Positions 30,837 through 39,666 are shown, counted from the first letter of the stretch. The stretch: 64,000 bases of DNA from Paenibacillus sp. (GCA_031180825.1 JAPSLM010000006.1:171516-235515); one strand, 5' to 3'. Notes: a model not told the origin generated them from the letters alone. A program made the numbers and translations.

Positions 30837-31442
30837 TCATTCCACCTTCGCGCCGTGCGAGCGCAAAAACAAGATCGCTTGCGCCGCGTCCATCCGGGCG
30901 CCCTTGACCTCAAGCGACTTCATATCGACGCCGTCCAGGTTCGCGCCGCGCAGATCAGCTCCGTACAACTTGCATTTAGCAAGCTGCGTGCGGGTGAGAT
31001 CGGCTTCCCGCATGTCCGCTTTTTCGAAATTGCATTCGTACAAGTCGGCCTCTGTGAACCGCACTCCGCTCAAGTTCTGCTTGGACAAATTGGCGTGACG
31101 CAGGCTCGTATACGACCAGTCCCCCCGCTCGATCGTGATCCCGTCGAAGCTGGCTTCGGAGAAGTCGGAGCCGACCATTTTGCATTCCTGGAATTTGGCG
31201 ACAAACAGATTCGCACCTCTAAAGCTGCAGTTGGTGAAAGCCGAGCCGTGATGAACGGACGCGTTAAACTGAGCCCCGGTAAAATCGCAATCGATGAACT
31301 GGCAGCCCGACGTCCACAGCTCCTCCAAATGGGCGGCGCGAAAACGGCAGTGCGAAAACGTGCAGTTGCGCAGCTCCCCCTCGCGAAAATCCGCTTGACT
31401 GAAATCTTTATCCGCAAACGATTGATCCGCATATTTAAACAT
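30837..31442 (-). CDS. Pentapeptide repeat protein (MfpA/Qnr-like fold)
   Basis: Continuous (F/L)xxA(D/N) five-residue repeats over 201 aa. Confidence 0.93.
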   Translation of the reverse strand: MFKYADQSFADKDFSQADFREGELRNCTFSHCRFRAAHLEELWTSGCQFIDCDFTGAQFNASVHHGSAFTNCSFRGANLFVAKFQECKMVGSDFSEASFDGITIERGDWSYTSLRHANLSKQNLSGVRFTEADLYECNFEKADMREADLTRTQLAKCKLYGADLRGANLDGVDMKSLEVKGARMDAAQAILFLRSHGAKVE

Positions 31443-31475
31443 CCGATATCATCCATTCCTATGAATAGTAGGAAA

Positions 31476-31955
31476 TTGACACTCCCCATGCCTAAAGGCA
31501 AGGGATTCTTGGGTAGTCACTCATTGTTCTGCCGTACCATTCCGCCTTATACTCCAACAGCGTCCGAAACATAGACCAAGAAGCATCGGAAATAGATTTT
31601 GCTAATTTGTGGTTTTTGATCATATTTTCCATTTGCAAGTCCTCCAAACAGATCACTTGGTTTTCGCGGATCAGCTTAGTTGACAATCTATGCAGAAAAT
31701 CATTTCGGATATTGGCGATCTTTTCATGGAGTCGAGCCACTTTGATACGTGCTTTGTTACGGTTTTTACCGCCTTTTTGTCTACGTGATTGAATACGTTG
31801 CCACTTCGCAAGTTGCTTTTCATACTTGCGATAGGATTTTGATTCTTCACCTTTTCACCAGTAGAGAGAGTGGCGAAATCCTTGATCCCAAGGTCCACCC
31901 CGACTGACTGTTCTACTTCTGGAAATCGTTCACTCTTTGTTTCACATAGAACGGC
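31476..31955 (-). mobile_element. tnpB: IS200/IS605-family tnpB remnant with intact right end
   Basis: VGVDLGIKDFA (RuvC-I), LHEKIAN.R.DFLH.LS, LEDL, ISDASW..F..LLEYKA.WYGR; frameshifts; right-end hairpin GAATCCCTTGCCTTTAGGCATGGGGAGTG-TCAA ending at 31476. Confidence 0.88.
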
Positions 31956-31977
31956 AAGCTGAATCCGAACAAAATAG

Positions 31978-32027
31978 GAACAAATGTTCTTATTTTTTAT
32001 CTTATCAGATCTCGGCAAAAGAAACAA
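31978..32027 (-). promoter_or_regulatory. sigmaA-type promoter with LexA/DinR SOS box
   Basis: Minus strand TTGTTT (32027-22), 17 bp, TGnTAAGAT (32004-31999), then GAAC-N4-GTTC at 31978-31989. Confidence 0.7.
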
Positions 32028-32143
32028 GATTTACGTCTGATAAATCTATTGCAGTACGGCTGCGTCCTTCTCTCCTTCTGGTAAGACCCCGGGGGCATAC
32101 GTTACAATATAGAGCAAAACGTGTCTTAAGGAGTCGTGTACTT

Positions 32144-32506
32144 ATGATCGATCATGCCCGTCTTATGGAATACGGACTGAAGAAGCCCGGAACGAGCCTC
32201 AAGCACCCTTTCGACCCGGACCTGCCCGTCCTGTTCGTCGGTGACAAAATGTTCGCCCTGCTTGGCACCCACCAAGGCATCCTGAGCGTCAATCTGAAAT
32301 GCGATCCTGACAACGTCTGGATCGTACGGCAGACCTATCCGACCGCCGTGCTTCCCGGCTATCATATGAACAAGCGTCACTGGAATACGGTTGTGCTGAA
32401 TGGCCAAGTTCCGGACAGCGAAATATTGGACATGCTGGAGGAGTCGTACCAGCTTGTTTACCGCAAGCTGACCAGATCTGTGAAAGAAACGATCAACGCC
32501 GGCTGA
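32144..32506 (+). CDS. MmcQ/YjbR family DNA-binding protein
   Basis: PF...V..KMFAL, NLKCDP, PGYHMNKRHWNTV, SY.LV; start ATG 32144. Confidence 0.92.
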   Translation: MIDHARLMEYGLKKPGTSLKHPFDPDLPVLFVGDKMFALLGTHQGILSVNLKCDPDNVWIVRQTYPTAVLPGYHMNKRHWNTVVLNGQVPDSEILDMLEESYQLVYRKLTRSVKETINAG

Positions 32507-32745
32507 CGAAACGGAATAAGCCGCTCGGAACCGGACATCCCGGCTGCCGCAAAATGCGTTTCCGGGACAGCCTCCGGTCCAAGCGTCGGCTTGAGATTGC
32601 CGCCCGGCAAATTGCGGCGTCAAGGACGACATCCGCCCGCCGCATTTCTTCCCGGGAAGCCCAAAGTATCAAGCAGCGGGTCGCCGCCTGTCCGCCAATG
32701 AAAAACAGCATCCGGTTGAATGCCGCTGCTGCCCTATTCCGCTCC

Positions 32746-33741
32746 CTAAGCCTTATACACGGCTGTCGATTCCCTAATGACGAGCTCGGGCTTCCATTCG
32801 ACCGTGACGCTTGCCGTCGAGCCGGCTCCGATCCATTTGAGCAGCAGTTCGACGGAGCTCTGGCCGATGCTTTCCGCCGGCTGACGAATCGTCGTCAAAT
32901 AAGGACGAAGACGGGACGCAATATATTGATCGTCGTATCCGATGACCGACATCGCCTCCGGCACGCGCATCCCCTCCTCCGCCAAAGCGTTTACAATCCC
33001 GGCCGCAATGTAGTCGTCACCGGCAAAAACGGCCGTCGGCAGCTTCCCGCTTCTGATCCATGACTTTGCCGTATTGTAGCCGAATCCGATTTCATAGTCT
33101 CCTTGCACCACGGCGAACGGAGAAAGCCCCCCCTCCCGGAGCGCATCCAAAAAGCCTCTCTTTCGCTCCCGCGTGCTCAAAAAATATTCCGGCCCGCATA
33201 CGTGGGCGATCCGGGTATGGCCTAGCGAGAGCAGGTGCTTCGCCGCCTCATAGCCTCCGTAGTAATTATCCGTCAGCACCGAAGGGACCATGTGATCCCG
33301 TCTTTGATTATCGATGAGCACGAACGGAATACTCCGTTTTTTCAATTGGGCGACATATCGGTCCTCTTCCGGCAAAGAAAGCAAAATCAAACCGTCGACC
33401 CGATCTTCGTGCATCAAATCGTGAGTTTCGCGGGAACGAACATCGCTCGAGACGGAAAGCGCCAGAAAATAACCGTACCGGGCAAGCGTGCGGTTGATTT
33501 CGTTGACGACCGTCTCAAAAAAGCGATCATGCAGCGTAGTCATCATCAATCCGATGATGCGGGTGTGGCCCCGGGCAAGACTTTGCGCTGCGGCATGAGG
33601 CCGGTAATCCAAAGCCTCGATGGCGTCCAGCACCTTACGGCGGTTTTTCTCCCGCACGTTGCCCGTATTGTTCAACACACGGGAAACGGTCACCACCGAC
33701 AATCCGCAATATCTGGCCACGTCATATATGCTTGCTTTCAT
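32746..33741 (-). CDS. LacI family transcriptional regulator
   Basis: SIYDVA...GLS..TVSRVLN HTH; LTTIRQP; LVIREST. Confidence 0.94.
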   Translation of the reverse strand: MKASIYDVARYCGLSVVTVSRVLNNTGNVREKNRRKVLDAIEALDYRPHAAAQSLARGHTRIIGLMMTTLHDRFFETVVNEINRTLARYGYFLALSVSSDVRSRETHDLMHEDRVDGLILLSLPEEDRYVAQLKKRSIPFVLIDNQRRDHMVPSVLTDNYYGGYEAAKHLLSLGHTRIAHVCGPEYFLSTRERKRGFLDALREGGLSPFAVVQGDYEIGFGYNTAKSWIRSGKLPTAVFAGDDYIAAGIVNALAEEGMRVPEAMSVIGYDDQYIASRLRPYLTTIRQPAESIGQSSVELLLKWIGAGSTASVTVEWKPELVIRESTAVYKA

Positions 33742-33775
33742 GGGGCAGGCTCCTTCCGGTACGCACTATGAAAAT

Positions 33776-33789
33776 TAAACCGCTTTAAC
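33776..33789. promoter_or_regulatory. Putative LacI-type operator
   Basis: TTAAACCGCTTTAA near-palindrome with central CG upstream of the lacI-family gene. Confidence 0.5.
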
Positions 33790-34053
33790 TTTTGGGATAG
33801 GCAGATCGAATCGCCGGATGGCGGCATGAAGCGACATCTATTTACAATACTTTACTTTTGTGAACCTATATTACCATCCTCTTCCCTTCGATAGCAATGT
33901 GTTTTTTGAAGGATTCGGCCTTTGGACGGGGTTTTCTTCCGTCACGAAAGCAAAAGACGCGATTCTCTTTCACCGGATAGTTCCGCAGCATAGCCGCCGC
34001 GCCTTACAATACGGGTAGAAACCAAATAAAACGAAAGCAGAGGTCCCGGATCC

Positions 34054-34827
34054 ATGAAAATTCAAATCATCCGCCACGCCACACACTATATCGAATACGA
34101 CGGAAAGAAGCTGCTCGTCGACCCGATGCTGAGCCCGGCCGGAGCTATGCCTCCCGTCGCGAATACGCCAAATTCTTTTACCAATCCAACCGTGAATCTA
34201 AACGTTCCCGTCTCCCATCTGCTGCAAGCCGACGCCGTCCTGCTTACCCATACCCACCCGGATCATTTCGACGCCGTCGCGGCTGCGCTGCTGCCGAAGG
34301 ATATCGTCTTTTTCTGCCAACCGGAGGATGCCGGGAAGCTTCGGGACCAGGGCTTTCGGGATGTGCGGCCCGTCGAGTCGGATATAGCATGGGATTCTCT
34401 CAGCATCGTTCGCACCTCGGGTCAGCACGGCACCGGCGAGATCGGCAAGCGCATGGGACCGGTGTCCGGCTTCGTGCTGAATGCGCCCGGCGAGCCTGTT
34501 CTGTACATCGCCGGCGATACGATCTGGTGCCCGGAGGTGGAACAAGCCTTGGCCCAGCATAAGCCTGACGTCGTCGTGCTGTTCGGAGGCAGCGCGCAGT
34601 TCCTGCAGGGCGGACCGATTACGATGAACGAAGCGGATGTGGCGAAGGTTGCTGGCGCCGTTCCGGACGCTCAAGTTATCGTGGCTCATATGGAAGCTTG
34701 GAACCACTGCCTGCTGCGGAGAGAAGACTTGAGAGCGTACGCTGCCGGGCTCGGACTGGCGGAAAGAGTCCTTGTTCCGGAGGACGGAGAGTCCTTCCTC
34801 TTCCATCCGTCCTCGTCGCGCGTGTAA
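34054..34827 (+). CDS. MBL-fold metallo-hydrolase
   Basis: THTHPDHFD, HG, YIAGDT, HMEA.NHC motifs. Confidence 0.92.
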   Translation: MKIQIIRHATHYIEYDGKKLLVDPMLSPAGAMPPVANTPNSFTNPTVNLNVPVSHLLQADAVLLTHTHPDHFDAVAAALLPKDIVFFCQPEDAGKLRDQGFRDVRPVESDIAWDSLSIVRTSGQHGTGEIGKRMGPVSGFVLNAPGEPVLYIAGDTIWCPEVEQALAQHKPDVVVLFGGSAQFLQGGPITMNEADVAKVAGAVPDAQVIVAHMEAWNHCLLRREDLRAYAAGLGLAERVLVPEDGESFLFHPSSSRV

Positions 34828-34915
34828 GGCTGCATCAAGCAGAGGAAGTCTTGTTTCCCGCGGACGGACACGGTACAATCGGTGTGAGCAATCTTCCATA
34901 CAAGTAGGTGTATTT

Positions 34916-35332
34916 ATGGAGCTGGATCAAACCGATATCGAGATTATCCGTCTTCTCCGGCAAAATGCCCGTATCCAGTGGAAGGAGATCGGGGAACACG
35001 TATTTCTGTCGGGGCAAGCGGTCGGAAACCGGATCAAGCGGCTGGAAGACCTGGGAGTCATACAAGCCTATACCGTTCAGGTCAACGAGGAAAAAATGGG
35101 CCGCCCCGTTCTTGCCCTCATCACGGTATTTATGAAATCAACGAATCACAGCGGCTTCGAGAGCTTTGTTCGGAAACAAGAGGCGGTGATCGAAGCTTAT
35201 CGGGTCAGCGGCGAAGGGTGCTACACGGTGAAAGCCGCGGTACCCGACCCGGCCGCACTGAACGGGTTGCTGGACGAGATCCTCCGGTACGGCAACTATA
35301 AGGTCAACCTGGCTATCGGAAAAGTGAAGTAG
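34916..35332 (+). CDS. Lrp/AsnC family regulator
   Basis: LD..D..II.LL..NAR...KEIG..V.LS..AV..RI.RLE..GVI; start ATG 34916. Confidence 0.92.
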   Translation: MELDQTDIEIIRLLRQNARIQWKEIGEHVFLSGQAVGNRIKRLEDLGVIQAYTVQVNEEKMGRPVLALITVFMKSTNHSGFESFVRKQEAVIEAYRVSGEGCYTVKAAVPDPAALNGLLDEILRYGNYKVNLAIGKVK

Positions 35333-35348
35333 ACGGTGTTTCTTCATC

Positions 35349-35381
35349 AAATAACGTCCCGGAATGCGGGGACGTTATTTC
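35349..35381 (+). terminator. Intrinsic terminator
   Basis: AAATAACGTCCC / GGGACGTTATTT stem. Confidence 0.7.
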
Positions 35382-35465
35382 CTTCTTTCCCTGTCGAACT
35401 GCAGCGTTCCACCGCCGTCTAGCATCCTCCCCCGCTTCATTTTCACCCGAACATAAACGTCACTC

Positions 35466-35524
35466 TTGCCATTAGTACGAAATCATAGTAAAATGAAACC
35501 GTAAATTAGTTCCATATCGTAACA
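35466..35524 (+). promoter_or_regulatory. sigmaA promoter with overlapping putative MarR operators
   Basis: TTGCCA-17-TAAAAT; TAGTACGAAATCATAGTA (35473-90) and weaker copy (35507-24). Confidence 0.65.
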
Positions 35525-35558
35525 AATGAAATGTGCAATACATTGGAGGATGCAGCCG

Positions 35559-36038
35559 TTGATGGAGCAGATGCTGGAGCTATTTTTCAAACACGGTCTG
35601 CGGCCCATGAGCTTGATGGCGGAGGCGGCGGAACTGGAGCAAACGCTGAACCGCTCCGAAATTTCCGCGCTCATGTTCCTCGAATATCGCGGCGAGCTGA
35701 CTATGTCGGAGCTGGCCGCGGAGCTGGGAGCGCCGCTCAGCACGGTGACGAGCCTGACGAAACGTCTGGTCCGCAAAGGTCTTGCCGAGCGCAACCAATC
35801 CGACAAAGATCAGCGCATCATTCTGGTCAGGCTGTCCGACGAAGGCCGCAAGCTGGCGGGCCAGGCGAAAGCCATGATGGAAAACATGTTTGCCCGCGTA
35901 CAGGCGGCTCTCTCTCCGGAGGAGCTGCAGCAGTTTCTGACGCTCGCGGTCAAAGTAGGCAAAGCGCTGCAGCACAAAGAAGACAAAGGCAGCGTGCCAT
36001 CCGATCGCACCGTCCGGAAAATCCGGATAGACGATTAA
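35559..36038 (+). CDS. MarR family regulator with C-terminal IxI tail
   Basis: TMSELA, STVT....RLV.KGL.ER.....DQR...V.L..G; ends RKIRIDD; start TTG 35559 or ATG 35562. Confidence 0.9.
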   Translation: MMEQMLELFFKHGLRPMSLMAEAAELEQTLNRSEISALMFLEYRGELTMSELAAELGAPLSTVTSLTKRLVRKGLAERNQSDKDQRIILVRLSDEGRKLAGQAKAMMENMFARVQAALSPEELQQFLTLAVKVGKALQHKEDKGSVPSDRTVRKIRIDD

Positions 36039-36075
36039 ATTCGCTTAAACCGCAGCCCCTATTTTTTTAACCAAA

Positions 36076-36093
36076 TACTACGAAATCGTACTA
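36076..36093. promoter_or_regulatory. Putative MarR operator, downstream copy
   Basis: TACTACGAAATCGTACTA, matches 35473-35490. Confidence 0.65.
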
Positions 36094-36107
36094 AATGGAG
36101 GGATACG

Positions 36108-37322
36108 ATGAGAATCATTTTGTATACCGGCAAAGGCGGCGTCGGCAAAACAAGCGTCGCTGCGGCAACGGGTGTCGCGCTTGCGGCGCAGGGGCTTCGT
36201 ACGCTTGTGATGAGTACGGATGCGGCGCACAGCTTATCCGATTCGTTCGATCAGCCGCTTGGCAGCAGCCCTGTTCCCATTACCGACCGTTTATGGGGGC
36301 AAGAGGTGGACAGCTTGCGCGAGACGGAAAGGCACTGGGGTGCAGTCCAAGGCTGGTTGGCCGGTTTGATGAACTGGGCCGATCTTAGCGACGTGACGAC
36401 GGAGGAAATGCTTGTGTTCCCCGGCATGGAGGAGCTGTTCAGCCTGCTGGAAATCAAGCGCCATGCGGCCAGCGGCGACTACGACGTCATCGTCGTCGAT
36501 TGCGCGCCGACCGGAGAGACGCTCCGGCTGCTCAGCTATCCGAACGTGCTCGGCTGGTGGATGGACAAAATTTTCCCGTACGAGCGCCGGTTGGTGAAGC
36601 TGGTGCGTCCCGTCGCCAAAATCGTCACAGGCGGGCTGGAGCTGCCAGACGACAACGTCATGAACAGCATCGAGTCGCTCGCCCGCGAGCTGGAGCTGCT
36701 GCAAAGCCTGATTCTCGATTCGGAGACAACCTCCATCCGCATGGTCATCAACCCGGAGAAGATGGTGATCTCCGAGGCGCGCAGAGCGTTCACCTATTTG
36801 AATTTGTTCGGCTTCAATACCGATGCGGTGGTCGTCAACCGCGTGCTGCCGGAGGAAGCGGGCACCGGCTATTGGGCCGGATGGCGTGCGGCTCAAGATA
36901 AATATGAAGAAGAAATTCGCGACTGCTTCAGCCCGCTGCCGATCTTCCGCATCCCGCTGATGAAATCCGAAGTACATGGCCTGCCGCTGCTCGCTCAAAT
37001 GGGCGAAGCCGCTTTCGGCGGCCGCAATGTCTCGGAAGTGCTCCACTTGGGGAAGGTGCAGGACATCCGCAAGGAGGACGACGTTTACTTTCTGGATCTG
37101 ACGCTGCCTTTTGTTGACAAAAGCGACTTGTCGCTCAGCCAGAAAGGCGACGAGCTGACCGTCCAAGCCGGTCCTTACAAGCGCAAAGTGGTGCTGCCGC
37201 GCATCCTGCTCGGCCGTCCGATTGCCGGTGCCCGGTTTACGGAGCAAAAGCTGGCAATCCGCTTCGGCGAAAGAGAGCTGCCGGGCGAATCCGAAAAGGA
37301 GGAAAACGATGAAAGCCGATAA
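36108..37322 (+). CDS. ArsA/Get3 (TRC40)-family ATPase with C-terminal alpha-crystallin/HSP20-like domain (Get3d-like)
   Basis: GKGGVGKT, STDAAHSL, PGMEE, DCAPTGETLRLL, NPE; C-terminal L.LPF....L.L.Q.GDEL.V..G..KR...LP; single ATPase domain. Confidence 0.9.
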   Translation: MRIILYTGKGGVGKTSVAAATGVALAAQGLRTLVMSTDAAHSLSDSFDQPLGSSPVPITDRLWGQEVDSLRETERHWGAVQGWLAGLMNWADLSDVTTEEMLVFPGMEELFSLLEIKRHAASGDYDVIVVDCAPTGETLRLLSYPNVLGWWMDKIFPYERRLVKLVRPVAKIVTGGLELPDDNVMNSIESLARELELLQSLILDSETTSIRMVINPEKMVISEARRAFTYLNLFGFNTDAVVVNRVLPEEAGTGYWAGWRAAQDKYEEEIRDCFSPLPIFRIPLMKSEVHGLPLLAQMGEAAFGGRNVSEVLHLGKVQDIRKEDDVYFLDLTLPFVDKSDLSLSQKGDELTVQAGPYKRKVVLPRILLGRPIAGARFTEQKLAIRFGERELPGESEKEENDESR

Positions 37323-37545
37323 AGTAGCAAGACTGCTGGACAGCTTGTCGGAGGCGCAAGAAACGTGGATTGCCGAATTTATTCCCGCCGGGGCGCGCAG
37401 CCATTTCCTCGCTTCCCGCAGAGAAGCCCTGCTCGGCCTTCGCAGCCTGCTCGATGCCGCAATCGACCGGACGAAGGAGCCGTCAGAGGCGGCGGGCAGA
37501 AAATCGACGAGCCGTTTCCGCGGTTCGATCAACATCACCGATTGA
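37309..37545 (+). CDS. Small helical protein (78 aa), probable partner of the Get3d-like ATPase
   Basis: AAGGAGG RBS, ATG 37309 overlapping the ATPase stop; HF...RRE.LL.LRSLLD..I core; ends SINITD. Confidence 0.8.
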   Translation: MKADKVARLLDSLSEAQETWIAEFIPAGARSHFLASRREALLGLRSLLDAAIDRTKEPSEAAGRKSTSRFRGSINITD

Positions 37546-37602
37546 CGCCATAGCACCGTTTGCCGCCCGGAGCCTTAGAGCTTGATACGAGGAGGTATGG
37601 CC

Positions 37603-38193
37603 ATGCTGCTCGACCGCTATTTGCCGGTCTACCATTACCACGAAAAGCATTCGATCAACATCCGCGCGTCGAGGGATGCGGTCTATCGTGCGATTCGCGA
37701 AGTAAAATACGGGGACGTTCCCCTGCTGCGCCTGCTGTTCGGCATTCGGACGCTTCCGGCCCGGCTGGCCGGCAAAGTGAAAACGGGGACTTCGGGCGAC
37801 GACGAACCATTTATAAAGCGAATGATGCGCTATGGATTCATGCTGCTGGAAGAAGCCGAAGGGCAAGAGCTCTTGGTCGGCGTAGTCGGCCCATTCTGGA
37901 GACCGGTCGGTAACGAGCCGATCCGCTTGGATTCGGCACAGGCTTTTATCGATTACGACTCCCCGCGACATGCGAAGGCCGTCATGAATTTCCAAGTGCG
38001 GGAGCAGTCGAACGGAACGATGACGGTCTTCACCGAGACGCGGATTCAAACGCAGGACAGGGCGGTACGGCTGAAATTCGGGCTGTATTGGCTGCTGATT
38101 TATCCCGGCAGCGCCTTGATCCGGCGCGGTCTGCTCAGAGCGATCAAAACCAATGCGGAGAAGGAGCGATTTGTTTATGGCAGCCAAACTTAA
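37603..38193 (+). CDS. Hypothetical protein, DUF2867/SRPBCC-like
   Basis: LLD.YLP.Y...E.H.I, G.VG.FW, AK..MNF, TETR, F..YW..I.P.S.LIRR..L; AGGAGG RBS. Confidence 0.75.
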   Translation: MLLDRYLPVYHYHEKHSINIRASRDAVYRAIREVKYGDVPLLRLLFGIRTLPARLAGKVKTGTSGDDEPFIKRMMRYGFMLLEEAEGQELLVGVVGPFWRPVGNEPIRLDSAQAFIDYDSPRHAKAVMNFQVREQSNGTMTVFTETRIQTQDRAVRLKFGLYWLLIYPGSALIRRGLLRAIKTNAEKERFVYGSQT

Positions 38194-38533
38194 ATCCTAT
38201 TCGGGCACGATGCTTGCTTGGACGGCGGTACTGCATACGGTAGTCGGCATTTTCGTTTATTGGCAGCCGCTCGCAGATATCGGACGGAGCGGACTATTTA
38301 ACAGCATTGATCCTCATTACGACCGCGGTTCGGCGTTCTGGTTCCTGTTATTCGGCGCCCTTCTGTTTATGCTGGCCGAACTGATCCGCTGGCTGACTCA
38401 AGTCAAAAGGATGGAAATCCCGAAATTTATCGGCGTCTACATGCTTGGGCTTTGTCTCGTCGGCGTCTTTTTCATGCCGGTGTCAGGCTTCTGGCTCGTT
38501 ATTCCGCAGGCGCTTATCATGATGCGGGGTTGA
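38177..38533 (+). CDS. Small membrane protein (DUF6463-like)
   Basis: Four hydrophobic segments; LH...G, AFWFL..G, MP.SGFWL..PQ. Confidence 0.75.
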   Translation: MAAKLKSYSGTMLAWTAVLHTVVGIFVYWQPLADIGRSGLFNSIDPHYDRGSAFWFLLFGALLFMLAELIRWLTQVKRMEIPKFIGVYMLGLCLVGVFFMPVSGFWLVIPQALIMMRG

Positions 38534-38546
38534 GACAAAGGCGATG

Positions 38547-38575
38547 TTGTCAGTACGGAACCCGTACTGTATAAT
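38547..38575 (+). promoter_or_regulatory. Consensus sigmaA promoter
   Basis: TTGTCA-17 bp-TATAAT. Confidence 0.8.
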
Positions 38576-38580
38576 AAAAA

Positions 38581-38702
38581 GAGAGCCGTGCGCCAACACG
38601 ACTCCCGCACAATAGCCGCTTTTAAGGGCGGTGGCTAAGCAAAAATAAGGGTGAGTAATGAAACGACCGCTACCTTTGCCGAGGGCGGTCTATTTCTTTT
38701 TG
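38581..38702 (+). ncRNA. Putative ~120 nt sRNA, type I antitoxin-like
   Basis: Strong promoter, no ORF, successive hairpins, ends in GACCGC...GCGGTC-TATTTCTTTTT terminator overlapping a ...NKKK* 3' end on the opposite strand. Confidence 0.62.
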
Positions 38703-38736
38703 TTTTGCAAGAAATATTAATACTCGTAAAAAATAT

Positions 38737-38770
38737 GGTTGTTTTTATAAGGCTCAAATTCACTGTTATA
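38737..38770 (+). promoter_or_regulatory. Putative alternative-sigma promoter, copy 1
   Basis: GGTTGTTTTT-N17-TGTTATA, same as 43132-43165. Confidence 0.6.
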
Positions 38771-38848
38771 TAGTGTGGCTTAGATAATTCATTAAAATTC
38801 GTCTGAATTCTATCGAAGCCAACATTATATTAAAGGAGTCGATTAAAA

Positions 38849-39571
38849 ATGACCAAGATCCGCAGTCATGAAGAAAATGTCCGTTTGTTGAAGGTACCGG
38901 AAGACGGGAACACAGCCAGGAAGGACGAAACACTTGAGAATATCGGAATGTTAGCAGGATGCTTAAATAACCAATCCAACTTTGTCAACGGTGTTGTTAC
39001 GTATAACGGAAATTCTTATACTATTGCAAATCTTGCAAAATGGGTCGCATATCAAACCTACAAAAGCCCCTTCTATGGAATTTTACCCCCAGCGTTTATT
39101 CTTGTTCACTGGGCAATCGAAATGGGATGGAGCGTATCCGAATTTCAGTCTCGGTGGAATCCCGGTAACCAAAGAGCACTTTGTGGGTTTAGCGGAACAT
39201 CAAACGGTACTCCGACAGGTACCAGCTTTAATGGGCCTAATAATGGAGTAAGATCATATGCAAAACTGCTAATTGAGGGATATCCGCATATACAATATGC
39301 ATATTCTGATGGCGGGTTTGATAATCCTGGCTTAAGTGCAGCTGCTTCAGCATTGTACAATGGCTATTATTCCAACTATGGCGGATCGTCTACCAATTAT
39401 TGCTCTTCCCAAAGCTACACGCTGAAGGATTCTAATGGCGCTCGCCCTTGGACTGTATCCGTTGGATACGAGGGGTTCTATAATACCATTGTGAATCGCG
39501 ATTGCATCTATGCATATAAAGATCGAGTATTCAATGATCCGGGTCTGCCGGGTATGACAAATCTTTACTAA
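38849..39571 (+). CDS. GH73/lysozyme-like protein with four Cys and charged N-terminal leader
   Basis: AAAGGAG RBS; LPPAFILVHWAIEMGW...WNPGN...F....GV.SYA.LL...Y resembles the glucosaminidase core with catalytic Glu; family call tentative. Confidence 0.6.
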   Translation: MTKIRSHEENVRLLKVPEDGNTARKDETLENIGMLAGCLNNQSNFVNGVVTYNGNSYTIANLAKWVAYQTYKSPFYGILPPAFILVHWAIEMGWSVSEFQSRWNPGNQRALCGFSGTSNGTPTGTSFNGPNNGVRSYAKLLIEGYPHIQYAYSDGGFDNPGLSAAASALYNGYYSNYGGSSTNYCSSQSYTLKDSNGARPWTVSVGYEGFYNTIVNRDCIYAYKDRVFNDPGLPGMTNLY

Positions 39572-39613
39572 ATAAGGCGTGCACATCTGTATCCGTGATT
39601 TAAACGATCACAC

Positions 39614-39650
39614 AAAACAGCCCTTGTTCGCTTTAGAGACAAGGGCTGGC
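39614..39650. terminator. Bidirectional terminator
   Basis: CAGCCCTTGT / ACAAGGGCTG stem between convergent genes. Confidence 0.75.
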
Positions 39651-39666
39651 ATTTAAATCTTTATAA

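Noticed and set aside
31476-31955. Active TnpB/Cas12-like RNA-guided nuclease
   Set aside because: N-terminus and zinc finger/RuvC-III missing, with frameshifts.
36108-37322. Arsenite-resistance ArsA
   Set aside because: Single ATPase domain with an HSP20-like tail, only two Cys, and no arsB/acr3/arsC/arsD/arsR nearby.
38849-38965. Lipoprotein signal (LAGC) in the GH73-like protein
   Set aside because: No hydrophobic h-region precedes the motif.
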